From: the human T2T-CHM13v2.0 reference genome, Homo sapiens
Reading direction: 5' to 3' (one strand)
Assembly (NCBI RefSeq): GCF_009914755.1
Contig: NC_060944.1
Length of the DNA stretch: 64,000 nucleotides
Shown: in pieces, positions 14,387 to 27,975 of the stretch
Layout: every line of letters begins with the position of its first letter
How positions within the stretch are numbered: the first letter of the stretch is position 1
Position numbers and translations under genes: made by a program
The notes under the pieces: generated by a model
The model's database searches: none
Told to the model about the DNA's origin: nothing
What the model saw: the letters and a program-made list of their open reading frames with translations, nothing else

Positions 14387-15704
14387 CAAGCTGGCCTTGG
14401 AAAGCTTCTTAGGTTTTTTTTATTTTCTAGGAAGGAAATGCTTACAAAATATACTATTAAGTTAAGATCTTAGACTTACTCTTCTGATAATATTGGAAAA
14501 CTTCAGTTTAAAAAGTATTGTACAAATCCAACTTCAAGTTTCTTGATATTTCTTTTATCAAAACAGCAGCTATAGATTTGTAAAAGTTCTAGTATTTGGA
14601 GAAAAAATATAAATATTATAACCCTACAACATTAGTTTGGAGAAATCTGTTTATTCCACAGGTAAATGTATCTGTAAGACTAACAAAATTCATAATTTTT
14701 GATTTAAAAAATCAGCACATAAAAATAATTGCAGGGCTTTAAATGAGCACAGCATTAAGTTGGGCTGCTGTCTCTCTCCGAATAAGTGCTAAGTGAAGCA
14801 GGAATGTTTTAATGGCATGAGGCCCTACACACCAAAATGGCATTAGCCTCTGAGTAAATATCACTAGTTGGATAGAGTTTTATTCTACAAAGTAAATACT
14901 TAGGAAATTAAATATTAATTAGTACTTACATGTGCAATACTAAGAATAAAGTAGAATCTTCTTTACCCTAAAACAATATCCCACCATGCCACATAAATGA
15001 CACTGAAGTGATTATTTGTAAAAACAAAAGCGAAATAAAATTATGATAATCTCCCCAAATTATCTCCCCACCAAAGATTATTGATTTTATTTATTTATGA
15101 TTTTATTTTAGAAAATCGTGGTTTGTATAAAAGGGTCCCAGGTATATCTGGATGTTTTGATAGGAGTTTAGGGAATCCTAGAGGCTTCCACGCAGAATGG
15201 ATTCCATGACCATTTTTCCATGAAACCATTTGAAACCACTAATGATTGGTGGGCCGGGGTCCTTTTCCATTGTCCTTTTGTGATATCTTGCACTTTTTCA
15301 TTTTTATTTTTTCTTCTTTCTCATTTCTTTGCTCCAATGTTTAAATATTCCTGCCTTGTTAGCGTGTTTCATTTTCTTGGCCTATGAACTGCTCTACTCA
15401 TAGGTAAAGCTTGGTCCGTTGTGAAAAGGCCTCAGTAACTTTTTAGGTTTGTTCTGATGGATTAATAAATATGTTTAAGCTTTTGAGATTAGTATTTATT
15501 TATTTAAAAAAGCTACCTCACTAATTTTGAGGAACACTGAATTAAATTCAAAGTTTTCTTTATTATGAAAATTCTCAGAACCTTTAATATTCATTCTAAT
15601 ATTCATTCTGATGACATATACTTCTAAGAGAGGGATATAGGATACAATTATTTCTGCATCTTATTTGCCCACAGAACCCCTTTTGTGTGGGTAGAGGGAG
15701 CAAT

Positions 15705-15875
15705 GGAAAACTTTTATAGTACTTAGTCTGTGTCAGACACTGTTCTAAGTGCTTTACCTTATGAGGAGAAAAGGAAAAAACTTTTTTACAGATGCAGAAA
15801 TTGTGTCGAGGGAAGCTCAGTGCCTTGCCCTCTGTCAACAGCCACCAAGGGATAGAGCCAGCTTATCACCTGGGC
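15705..15875 (-). mobile_element. MIR
   Basis: tgtgtcagacactgttctaagtgcttta...ttttacagatgcagaaattg. Confidence 0.75.
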
Positions 15876-16789
15876 TTCTTTAGGATTGTCCATTGAAGGG
15901 TTGGTCAAACATGGTTGTCTGGTCCAATCTTTCTGTTGACCATTTAGTTAGTGAGTATCGTATATGTCAAAATGAATTCACATTAATTCTTGATGCAGAC
16001 ACAGCCATAACAAATAAATCACTTCCTTTAGACTTTAACTTTCAGCTGAAGTGTCAGTTAGATATATGTTGGCTTTGATTCCTCTTATTTGCCTTCTATG
16101 TCCAAATAACTTTAATGAATACAAAGCTTTATCAGATAATAATACTTTGATGTACTTATTTGCTCACTTTGCATAATTTGTAATATAGAAAAAAAATCTT
16201 CACATGATATTTTTTCTTACAAAGTAATAAACCAGCTGTATTTATGAACCACCTATTATGAGCATGCATTTCCAGCAGCAGTCTCTCAGTAAAAGACTCA
16301 ATCAAGTTAGAAAAAAATGTATTAGTAGAGGAATAAGGTTTTCCTTAAAATTATTTTTATACTTAAATATGTCAAGCCTGTAGTCTGTGTCCAAATATTT
16401 AAAGTTAAGTATTACCCATTTAAAAAACAAATTTGACTCTTGTATACTTAAAATAAATTCAACCACATAACTATTTTATTTTGAAGTTTTTATTTGTTTG
16501 TTTTTGGTTTTTTTGTTTTGTTTTTCCTTTCTATTAAGTTAGGACAAGAAACAAAAGCCTCCCATCAAAAGATAAGGTGAAAGCCTCCCATCCACGTTTC
16601 ATGCTTGTTCTCCCTGTGTATTTTAAAATCTTTTTCTTTGTTTCTTAAAACTAAAACAAAATAAAAAACACAGGAACATTATTGAGATGCTATTTAGTAA
16701 TATTAAGAATGTCCCTGTGTGTAAGGTTATTGATACTGGCATTTGTGAAATTAACATAGGGACATCAATGAGAGATCTATAACAGGAAA

Positions 16790-17259
<470 letters not shown>

Positions 17260-17351
17260 TGCTGTGGTCTCTAATGAGCCAGTTTAATGTTTCTTGAACC
17301 AACCTTTGCTGTTTAACACTTGCTTATCATGTTTTTAACAGGGATTTCTGA

Positions 17352-17701
<350 letters not shown>

Positions 17702-17742
17702 AGAAAGGTTCTTCAGTTCTTTATGTTTGAATAACACCATGT

Positions 17743-17746
<4 letters not shown>

Positions 17747-17775
<29 letters not shown>
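17747..17775. repeat. (TG)n microsatellite
   Basis: Direct. Confidence 0.9.
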
Positions 17776-18330
17776 CTGCAAGAGAAAGCAAAAGAGAGAT
17801 TAAAATAGATTTAGAAAACAATCAGAATTGTGAGACTATAGAAGGGATTCACTAAAAGAATTTCTAATATCACTAAAATCCTCAGCTGATGTATCAATGA
17901 GTCTGTGATTAGCTAACAAAAGAGTGTTTTTCCCCCCAGGTGGACAATTTGGACTTTATGCAGGTGTGCAGTAGTAGAACCGTGAAGGTAGATACAATTA
18001 AAGTTCTGAGAAATGAAAAGACACTAGGCCACGAATAATGGAGCTTGCCAGTAGCAGCAGCTAGTAGATCCCTTTCTCCACGGGGCCAAAGAGTTTGATT
18101 TGATTTCCAGCTCTCAACTCCTACTCAAGGTGCAATCATCAGTCCCCTGCAGGGTACTCTAGGATTCTGGAGACATTAAGAAGCACAGAACGTGGCTGCA
18201 TCCCTTTTTCCGAATGGGCTTTGGTGCAAGCAGTTCGTAAGTGGCTAGTAAGAATTTATTGTTCATGTATGTTTTTTCTCTTGGGAGTCTGTAATTATTT
18301 TAAAATATTAGCCATAAATCCCATGCTAAT

Positions 18331-18684
18331 ATATATATAAATATATATAAATACGTATTTATATATATAAATATATATAATATATGTTTTTTGTTTGTTC
18401 CTTTTTTTGAGACAGAGTCTTGCTCACTCTGTCGCCCAGGCTGGAGTACAGTGGCGTGATCTTGGCTCAGTGCAGCCTCCGCCTGCCAGGTTCAAGCAAT
18501 TCTCCTGTCTCAGCCTTCTGAGTAGCTGAGACTATAGATGTGCACCACTGTGCCCAGCTAATTTTTATATTTTTAGTAGAAACAAGCTTTCACCATGTTG
18601 ACCAGGCTGGTCTGGAGCTCCTGACGTCAAGTAATCCGCCTGCCTCAGCCTCCCAAAGTGCTGGGATTATAGGCGTGAGCCACT
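18331..18684 (-). mobile_element. AluS, ~10 nt 5'-truncated, tail degenerated into a TA-rich repeat
   Basis: Alu body ~18409-18684; atgctaat flanks at 18323 and 18685. Confidence 0.9.
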
Positions 18685-18691
18685 ATGCTAA

Positions 18692-18991
18692 TTTTTTTTT
18701 TTTTTTTTTTTGAGTTGGAGTCTCACTCTGTTGCCCAGGCTAGAGTGCAGTGGCGTGATCTTGGCTCACTGAAACCTCCATCTCCTGGGTTCAAGCAATT
18801 ATCTTACCTCAGCCTCCCAAGTAGAGGGAATTACAGGTGCTCGCCACCACACCCAGTTAATTTTTGCATTTTTAGTAAAGACAGGGTTTCACCACATTGG
18901 CCAGGCTCGTCTCGAACTCCTGACCTCAGGTGATCTGCCCGCCTCGGCCTCCCAAAGTGCTTGGATTACAGGCATGAACCACTGTGCCCGG
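18692..18991 (-). mobile_element. AluSx-like
   Basis: Full dimer; TSD tgctaattttt at 18686 and 18992. Confidence 0.95.
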
Positions 18992-19994
18992 TGCTAATTT
19001 TTAAAAGTATTAATTTGCTTTTGCGAGACTCAATTGTATGCCAAAAATTACCTCAATATTTGACTTGGAGACTGTAGACCAAACTTGCATCATTATGGAA
19101 AAACAATATGCAAAATTTGGCCTTGGCATTGCCCAAAGTGTGGTATTTTGCATTGTACTATTTGTTTCTGTATGTCATGGAGTATGTATAGTAATAGGAA
19201 ATGATGAGTATCTTTGCACAAAATGTAATGCTTTTACTAACATCTGTCAGCTATTTTGTGAGAATATTGCCAAAATATAACATTTATCTTGGTGTATAGT
19301 TCAATTTTGCTTTTGTGAGTGTTTCTTCTATTTTATTGCCACTAATATAGCATAACAGATGTCTTTCAGATGTGAAAAATCAATTATTTTTCAATATACC
19401 TCAGTAGTTATTAGGGCAGATTAATGTAAAGTACCGTAAGAGTAATGTCCAAATAAAATGTCATAAGTGAACAATATAATTCAATGGAGAAATAGGATTG
19501 AGTTGATCTTGGTACCTTTGTGGAAAACAGGGAGAAAAAAATGAACAAGTACAACAAAAATATGCAAGGCCATGCTTTATTGAAAGATCAAGTAGATGCT
19601 TTAGTGATAGTATTTTCAGTGGAATGGTCAGCTGCCATGGAAAGTTAGGGCAAGGCCAAAACTGTTTATGCTTCATTTCTATCGACAAACACGTAGCTGG
19701 TTTCTAATGAAGATCAATAAAAGGTAATCTTGGGAATGGGTATTTCAGTATCCAGAAGTCTTTGCAGGAGAATATGAATTATGAAATTTATGAAAGCCTG
19801 AGTGTTACCTTTTGGATGCTGGTGTTTGGCAAGTTCATAACAATCTTTATGTTACTTATCACAAATGTTATTTGTTTTCTAAAATTTTGAATTTCAAGGC
19901 CTCAACACACTTGAGAGAGAGCTGCCAAATAAACTTAAACACTGTTCTACAGCAGAACCAGTATGCCCCTGGCACCTAGGTTTAGAGGGGCCTG

Positions 19995-20173
19995 GATCTG
20001 GTTTCATGGCACGAGATGCATGCAGTCACACAGAGCCCCATGCTTAGAAGGGACCAATATTAAATGCTTGATTTGATGCTCTGCTCCTACCATTCTGAAA
20101 TTATTAATTTTTGAACAAAGGGTCTCACATTTTCATTTCATAGCAGGTCTCACAGATTATGCAGTGAGTCCTG
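19995..20173. mobile_element. MER91A-like hAT element
   Basis: tgcagtcacacagagccccatgcttagaaggg...tttttgaacaaaggg...cattttcattt. Confidence 0.7.
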
Positions 20174-20439
20174 AGGGAAGCCATGAAAGGATAGGGCTCT
20201 GTGATGATTCCAACCTTTCTCACCTGAATTTGGGTGGCGGCTCTGTAGCTGCTCTCCTCATAACAGTGTTCCTTTATTTCTGTATCCCTTACTCTGCCTA
20301 CATTTTCATTCTGATATGGAGGACAGACCCTCTGGGATGCTAAGTTCTCTGAAAGGCCTGAAGTGTCCTCCATGCTTGACTTCAGGCACACGTAATGCCT
20401 TTGTTGGACATTTATGCCATGACTCACCTTCTTGCATAG

Positions 20440-20755
20440 TTATTCACTCCTCCAGCTCTAACACTATGCGAGGCATCATGCTTAGTGCCGTGAATAGAGT
20501 GGTGAATAAGATTTAGTCCTTGCTATCCTAAGATTATACTTTAGAAGGATAGACAACCAAGCCAATGGTCAAATAAAAGAAGTTATGATGGTGGTAGAAC
20601 AGGGCTCACAGGAACATGAAGGAGGAGCACCTAAGGTGGTGATATCTAAATAGAGATCTAAGGTCTAACTGCAGGTAGATGTTTCCCCTTTGGGGGGAAA
20701 TCAGAGAGTGTTCTAGAGAGGGAACAGCATGAGCCAAAGCTCAGAAGTGAAAAGC
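20440..20755 (-). mobile_element. L2 fragment
   Basis: Antisense L2 motifs, e.g. agagggaacagcatgagccaaag. Confidence 0.6.
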
Positions 20756-21079
20756 TGCCATCTTCAGGATAATTTTCTCCGTAGAAAATTGCACTACTAG
20801 TTACATTCAGAGTAGGTACTAGCCAGAGATTCATTTTAGAGACTTACAAGTTTGCCAGCAGTAAGCCTATGAATTAGTTAATGGTTTTGGCTGAGAGGCC
20901 ACCACAGAATATCCTGCCTGTACTTTAACCAGATTTTTAATCACAAAGTTCATGTAATACATGTCTGAACTGGAACATGGACATCCATGGACACATTGAA
21001 AATTTCAGTTTAGTGCTTAGAAGCCCCAAACATTGTTGACTGGAGGAAAAAATGTTATATTAGTTAACAAAGGTATATA

Positions 21080-21490
21080 CTGCTATGGAATGAATATTCG
21101 TGTGTCCTCAGCATTCATATATTGAAGCCCTAACCACTAAAGTGGTGGTATTTCAAGTTGGAGCCTTTGGGAGGTAATAGGTTTAGCTGAGGTTGTGAGG
21201 ATGGGGCCCCATGATGGGATTAGTGCCCTTAGAAGAAGTGCCCTTATAAGAAGAGTAAAACAAGAAAAAAATCTCTCTCTCCACACACCTGCAACAAGGA
21301 GAGGCCATGTGAGTTCACAGTGAGAAGCTGACTGTCTATAAGTCAGGAAGACAGTCCTTGCCAAGAACCAAATCTGACAGCAATTTGATCTTGGATCCCT
21401 CAGCCTCCAGGACTGTGAGAAATAAATGTCTGTTGGTTGAGCTACCCAGTTTATGGTGTTTGGTTATAGCAGCCTGAGCCGACTGAGACA
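21080..21490 (+). mobile_element. MaLR LTR MLT1A
   Basis: tgctatgg...gagaca termini; aataaa at 21421; typical ttatagcagcctgagccgactgagaca end. Confidence 0.85.
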
Positions 21491-21965
21491 ATAATCGGTA
21501 CTGAGAAGTAGGCTGATGCTGTAAACAAACACCTAAAAATATGGAAGTGACTTTGGAAGGGGTGATGGACACAGGCGGGAAAAGTTTTGAGATCCATTCT
21601 AGAAAAAGCTGAGCTTGCCTTGAATGTTAAAGCCTACTGTGGTGAGAAATTAGAAAGAAGATAGGAGAGGTACAGAGAAAACTTCCTTCTTTGCAGAATA
21701 CATAAATAATCACTAACAGAATGTTGATAGAAATATGGATGGTAAAGGCAATTCTGGTGAGGTCTCAGATGGAAATGAGAAACATGTTGTTGGAAACTGG
21801 AGGAGGGATGGTAGGATTGAAAAAAAAAATTCAAAAGAAAAAGAAAAAAAAAGAAATGGGAGGAAAGTAACCCTTGTTATAAAATTACAAAGAACTTGGC
21901 TGAATTCTGTTTGTGCTCTTGTGTTTTGTGACAGGTAGAACTTGCAAGTGATGACATTTGGATAT
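21491..21965 (+). mobile_element. MLT1A internal region, truncated
   Basis: Follows the LTR directly; ggcaattctggtgaggtctcagatggaaatgag MaLR-int motif. Confidence 0.8.
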
Positions 21966-22091
21966 TTATTTATTTTTCTTTCTCTCTTTCTTTTTTTAAA
22001 TAGAGACAGGGTCTCGCCATGTTGCCCAGGTTGGTCTTGAACTCCTGGATTCAAGCAATCCTCCTGCCTTGGCCTCCCAAAATGCTGGGAT
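21966..22091 (-). mobile_element. FLAM/Alu left monomer, 5'-truncated
   Basis: Single monomer with T-rich tail. Confidence 0.85.
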
Positions 22092-22104
22092 CTGTAGCAG
22101 ACTA

Positions 22105-22236
22105 TAGATAGTTCCCAACTGATGATGGTTCACCTGATTTTTTTTCTTTATGATAGATTTGTTGAGGTATTAAATGCATTTTTGACTTATGATGAATTTG
22201 TTGAGGCACAAGCCTGTTGTAAGTTGAGGAGCACTT
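22105..22236. mobile_element. Tigger-derived MITE (MER47-like)
   Basis: gtattaaatgcatttttgacttatgat...gtaagttgaggagca; degenerate TIRs. Confidence 0.6.
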
Positions 22237-23829
22237 AAAATACATATCAGTATCTAATAGTGTCCCAAGAGTTTGAAGGATTCTTTTGTAGGGGGACCCA
22301 AAACTTTATCTTGGCTACAAATTATACAAGAAACTGGACTCCCGTACAACTGAAGTCCCTGTACAGTTGAGCACCTCAAATAGGCCAAGTACCACAGCTG
22401 GCCAACACAGAATACCACATAAGCAGAAAGTTATCTCTGTAGCTAAAATTCTTCATCTAACAAATGGCTTTCCAAGAGTTCATTTGAAGGAGAAGACAGA
22501 AGTAAGTAGTTGGCTAGGTTTTTTTGTGCCTTTGTGGTTGGATAAGCATTAGAAGTATTAAAGCCTAAGCCTTTCAAAGAGTTGATCTGCCTGGAACCTT
22601 CTGCAGATCAGAGCTCTGTGAAAGCAAATGCTGACTCATTAGCTGGGATGGTGTGAATTCCAGAATTATTGCTAACAAATCTATTTCCACTTAAAATATA
22701 AAAAAGAAAGCCATGAAATGAGAACTGACTTTCCCTTAGGCCTCTAACAGTGCTGTTTGGTTACATATTTTGAGAGGCAGAAAATGAGTGAAGAAAAAGA
22801 GCCACCAAGAAAGATTCTCTGCAGGTGAACAGGAAAAAAAGTAACTTATTACCTTGCTTGGTCCATAGCAGGTTTTTCATTTCCCTTTAAAATGTGAGAA
22901 TTTGATGACTAAGATACTGCTATTACTGTTTTCACTGTAAATGAGTTGATGGAAAGAGCATGTTGCCTGATAGTAATCTTTCATGTGTATGTACAGGTAC
23001 AGTAAGTTGATAAAAATAACTGCATTAAAAAGGTATTTAGAAAGTTCTGGCAGAGATAGTAAAATGGATATATCCAATTTTTTGTGCTCTATTTTTGTAC
23101 CTGATGTAGTCTTCATCCATGGAGACTGAGCCCTTTTTGTTTTCTTGGAAATAAGGCATTTTATCTATTGAAATGATTCAATTTCCTATCAGTCTAGACT
23201 GTGATCTTACACAGTTTAGTTTAGTTCATCTGCAGATCCTTCTATTTTTGATTTATTTGAATCCATGAAAGTTAACATGCCATTGTAGAATGCCAGACTA
23301 CTTTCCTCTCCCTTTTACATGTGATAGACTATAAAAATTATAGCTTAGGTTGATTATTGCTTACTGGGCAGTCCAGCACAGATAACCCAGGTGTTGGTTC
23401 AAAAAAAAAAAGCATTCTGGAGTAATTGACAGCACTAAACATTTTGCTTTTCAGTGAAATTTAAGAGTTGTTGGAAGCTATTCATATACACAGCATCAGC
23501 AGGAAATCCCCAACTCTGGATTTTTAAGCATGAGGCTATTTTTATTTTTTCATTCCTATTTAAGACTATTTCAGAATACGAATTATAGACTCCTGGTTCT
23601 CACTTTGGAGTAATTTATAATCTTAGAAGATTATAAATATATAGATTTTCTAAAAGGTCTATCCAACATTGTATTATTTAAAGTATTGATTATTTAATAT
23701 GAGGTTTATTAGTCTTTGGTTTTTTCCCTGCTAAAATTATTTCATTTATTTATTCGCTTTCTCCCTTAAGCAACTTGTGTTTATTAACTGCTGAATCTAC
23801 TAGAATGTCTTCCTATAAGTATTAAGAGT

Positions 23830-24965
23830 CCTAGTAAAAATAACAACAAAATTCATAAACATGCACAAAAAGCTCAAATCATAAGGTAAAGCACAAACAA
23901 AATAAGTTAAGCCACAGAAAGGCAGAAGATATTTGCAATGCATGGACAGGTGTTAATATTCAGAATACATAAAGAACAAACTAAGAATTAATTAAAAAAT
24001 TAAACAATAGATAAAATTGATAAATACAGACAGGCAAATAAAAAATCCTAACAGCTCACAAATAAAGGAAAAACGTTCGATCTCATTAATAAGCAGGGAA
24101 ATGTAAATTAAAAGCAAAATAAGTTATTTCACATAAAAAATCTAACTATATGAAATATTGCCAAGCATGTGAATAAAGAGGGACTCTCATGTCCCTGGAG
24201 AAAGTTTAACTAGTAGAAATCTTTTAGAGTATAATTTAATAATGTCCAGTAAATTTGAAGACACACCAATCCTTTAAGAGAGCAGTTCCACTCCCACATA
24301 TATACTCTGGTATATATAGTAGTAGTGTTTCACTATCATAATCTTGCAACTTTGGGACCTGACATATTAGTTAGTCATGAAATCAATTTTTAATTGAGTA
24401 GAATAGAAAAGAATGGGAAGTATCAGAGTGCATCATATGTAGTAAGAATAATAATTGTTTTGTAAAACAATATTTTCCAAAAATGTATGTGTATGTGTGT
24501 GCATGTGAACATGTACATTTATTTTAAAATGTATTGATTTCTGAGAATCATAGTCAAATATACTAGAAAAGCACTATTGTAGATAAACTCCCACATGTGT
24601 GAAAATTGAGACATTTTGTTTATAATAGCAAAAAATTAGAAACAACCCAAATGTGGCAGGAGAAAGGATGAGAAAGGCATGATATCCCCATATAATAGAC
24701 AGCTGTACACAGTGAAAATAGATGATCTGGAGTCCCATGTATTCATAGAAATGCATATCAAAAGCATAATTGTGAGTTTGCAAAAAAAAGCAAGTTGACC
24801 AAACTATTTACATTATGATGCCTTTATAAAATGTTTAAAATATACAGTGATATGTCTTATTTAGACATAAATATATGTTTAAATTTATTAAAATATGTAC
24901 TTATACATGGGAATCATAAGCACAAAATTCAGCATTGTGAAGGAATTGTGAAAAGGGATTGTGAA
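23830..24965 (+). mobile_element. Old L1 (L1ME-like) 3' fragment, interrupted
   Basis: agaagatatttgcaatgcat and attagaaacaacccaaatgt motifs. Confidence 0.7.
24322..24576. mobile_element. hAT-Charlie-type MITE inside the L1 (subfamily uncertain)
   Basis: gtcatgaaatcaattt...tatcagagtgcatcatatgtagtaag. Confidence 0.5.
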
Positions 24966-24984
24966 GGAATACACAGATCTCAAT

Positions 24985-25440
24985 TTATGTTCTGTTTCAG
25001 GAAAAAAACAAACAAAACAGAGGAATTATTTTCTCACATAGCAAGAAGTCTAGAGGCTTAGCCAAATTATCAAAGACCCAAGTTTCTTCCTTCTTTCCAT
25101 TCTACCAGTCTCAGTAGGTTTTCTTCATAGTCACACGGTGGCTACTGAGGTTCCAGGTATTACATGTAGACTTGCCAAGTCCAGTAGTAGAAAAAGGGCC
25201 ATTTTTTTTCATGTGTGGGTTTTTTGAAAAAAGTGAGCTTTTCCTAGACATCCCCAGTAGGTTGACCAGATGTGCCTAATATGCTTGTTCTTATATCAGA
25301 CACTGACAAGCACAATGGGACCAACATGGTTGATGTATCCAAGTCACAGGGAAGGAGGTGAGGACACTGGAACATAATTAAAGCTCTACCAGTGAGAAGA
25401 AGAAAATTCTGTTGGACCATTAGTATTGGCTGTAAGTACC
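24985..25440 (-). mobile_element. Old MaLR LTR (MLT1K/L-like)
   Basis: ttttctcacatagcaagaagtctagagg...caaagacccaagtttcttcc. Confidence 0.5.
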
Positions 25441-25449
25441 TCTATCTGC

Positions 25450-26200
25450 CTTAGGGATACAGAGGTGAACAGCACAAGCTCCTGAGTGAGTTCTAGTGGA
25501 GTTAAAATTCTAATGAAGAAGACTGATAATCAAGGACAGTTGAATAAGATGATTTTACATAGAGATAAATCCATGAAGAAGAGAAAACACCAGGATTTAT
25601 GAGACAGCAATTGGAGAGTGACCTGGAAGCCCTCTCTGATCAGACGACATTTGAGCTGAGACCAGAATTGCATGAAGAAAGCAGCCGTGAGCAGAACTGA
25701 ATAAAGGGAATCCAGGAAGAGCAAATGTGCTAGTGCAGGAATGAGGTTGTTGTGTCGGAAGTAAAAAGGAAGTTTGGTATACCTGGGGCAAAGGGAGAGA
25801 AATAGAGAATGGGTTACAATCAAGACTGTGAAGCAATCTGATTTACAGTTTTAAAAGATGGCTATCACACAAGTGATGGTGATGGCTTTTTCTAGGGTTG
25901 GGACAGTGGAGATAGGGGAGAAATGGACCTACTCATGTTGAAATAGTGAAGAGAAAGTCAAGTGTTAAAGAAGGCAATGTAAAGAATCAAAGATGAGCCC
26001 AGAGTAGCAGATGTGACAAGGTTTGATTTCAATAAAGTGGCTCTTGGGACGGAACTGAAAGACTAACCTAGACAGGGACGCCACTGTCCTGTGAGTAGAC
26101 TCTTCCAGAAAGAAATAGTATGATAGTAGGATAAGTTCTTTGCATTTCCAGAGTTCAGCAAGGCATTCATTTATGCCTTGGTGAATATCCACAGCAAGCA
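25450..26200 (-). mobile_element. L2 fragment
   Basis: gacatttgagctgagacc and ccaggaagagcaaatgtgc antisense L2 motifs. Confidence 0.65.
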
Positions 26201-26939
26201 GAGTCCTCTTTGCTCAATGTTCAGAATCCAACATATCAGGTCCTGTTTTCAGGACTTCCAGCCGTGAGGTAGAAAGTGCTTTAACGTATACTTGGTTAGC
26301 ATGAACTGCTATAAACCCATAAACAAATTATGGACAGAAACATTGAAGACTGCAAAAAGATGGAATGGAAAGAAGATTGCCATCAAGGGCATACAAAATG
26401 ACTGTGTTTGAATAAGTGCTTTTGATACTTCAGCAGGTAATTTGGACAGCCTTTGTGCTTGTCTGACTTCACTGGAATAGTCTACATACCTGCGGATCTC
26501 GTTGTTGATACGCCCATATTGCTTCCAGCGGGTGCTTTACTTACCTGCAGGACTGGGCTTTTTCTTTTCCTGCTATTACGCTCTAATCTCCTGTAGTTGC
26601 AGCCTCCATCTTGAATATGGGATTTAGATCATTAACTTTATATGCCATATTTAAAAAGCAATTTCAACCAATAGATATTAGCTATTAAAATAACTTCTTG
26701 GTTAGTAAATAGGCCCATTTAAAACTGCATTTTGATTTCTACATCTGAAAATGAAAGACCATAGTATTGTTTTATTTTATTTTTAAAAGTCCAGAAAAAA
26801 GGTGACTATACTATTCTTTTCCTTCTTAATCCATAAATGTGCACCAATATAACATTTATTGATCTGCATGCAGCGTATTGGTAAAAGATGAATTGTCCAA
26901 GTAAACTGAAGAAGACGCACAACATATAAGTATTATATA

Positions 26940-27400
26940 ATATAGGTTTCTTTTAGTTGCAAGTGACAGGAAACACAATTTAAACTAAAAAGGAAATTTG
27001 TTCATGTGGAACTGGAAGGCCTAGGTGCAGCTGGATGCAGGGACTCAAATGATGTTTTTTTTCTCTCCAACTCAGCTTCTCTTCCTTGTCTTGGCTCTAT
27101 TTGTAAATGGTTGTCCCTTTATGGTGACAAGACAGCTGAAGCAATTCTAGCCTTATGATCTCTCAGGTTCAACTCCTATTTTCAATATTCTGGACAAAAT
27201 CTCCTTGCCTATCATTGCCTCTGGTTGCACCGTTCCTGAAATAACCTCTGTGAAAAGGGGAATAAAGTGCTCTGATTGGGTCAAATTCCTACAACCTCTT
27301 GAAGAGGGTATTGAATTCATTATATCCAAATATGGGGCCTAACAGTGGAGAAAGGGTGCTTTCCTAGTAGGGTATTGGGGTGCTGATACCAAAATAAATG
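26940..27400 (-). mobile_element. Old MaLR LTR (MLT1J/K-like)
   Basis: tagttgcaagtgacaggaaac...gctggatgcagggactcaaatgatg. Confidence 0.6.
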
Positions 27401-27734
27401 AGAGTGAAAGCTGAGGAGTCAGGGAACATATGTGCCCTCTAACAGTGTTAGAGGCAGAAATGTTGCCATGTTTGGTTTCTAATAATTTGTCGAGGAAAAA
27501 TTCTTGTCCTCTAAGATGATAAATCATTCAGGGAGCTTCTCAGTAGTTTGCTTCTGAACTCCCGGCACTAGAGGCAGGCCTGGACTTAGAGACAGCAGAA
27601 AGGGGTTGCCTACCCCATGCCACGTGCTTGACATAGACTATCTCATTGACTACTCACAAATATTTTATTAGTAGTCCTATCTTTTAAATGAAAAACAGCC
27701 TCAGGCAGGCTAAGGAACATGTCTAAGTTCATGC

Positions 27735-27975
27735 GACGACAATTGAACAGCGTGGTGCCTATAGGTAATAATGGGGTTCTGTACATTTCAGTATCACTAT
27801 GAGAGTACATTTCTAATGTTCTCATCACAAAAAAGTTGTGTGATGCATAACACATAACATGAGGTGATGAATGTGTTACTTAGCTTAATTTAATCTTTTC
27901 ATATTGCATTAAAATTATAACACTGCTTTGCACCCCATAAATACATACAACTATAATTTGTCAATATATAATATG
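27735..27975 (+). mobile_element. L1MA-type 3' UTR fragment
   Basis: aatgttctcatcacaaaaaa...tgaggtgatg...caccccataaatacatacaa. Confidence 0.8.
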
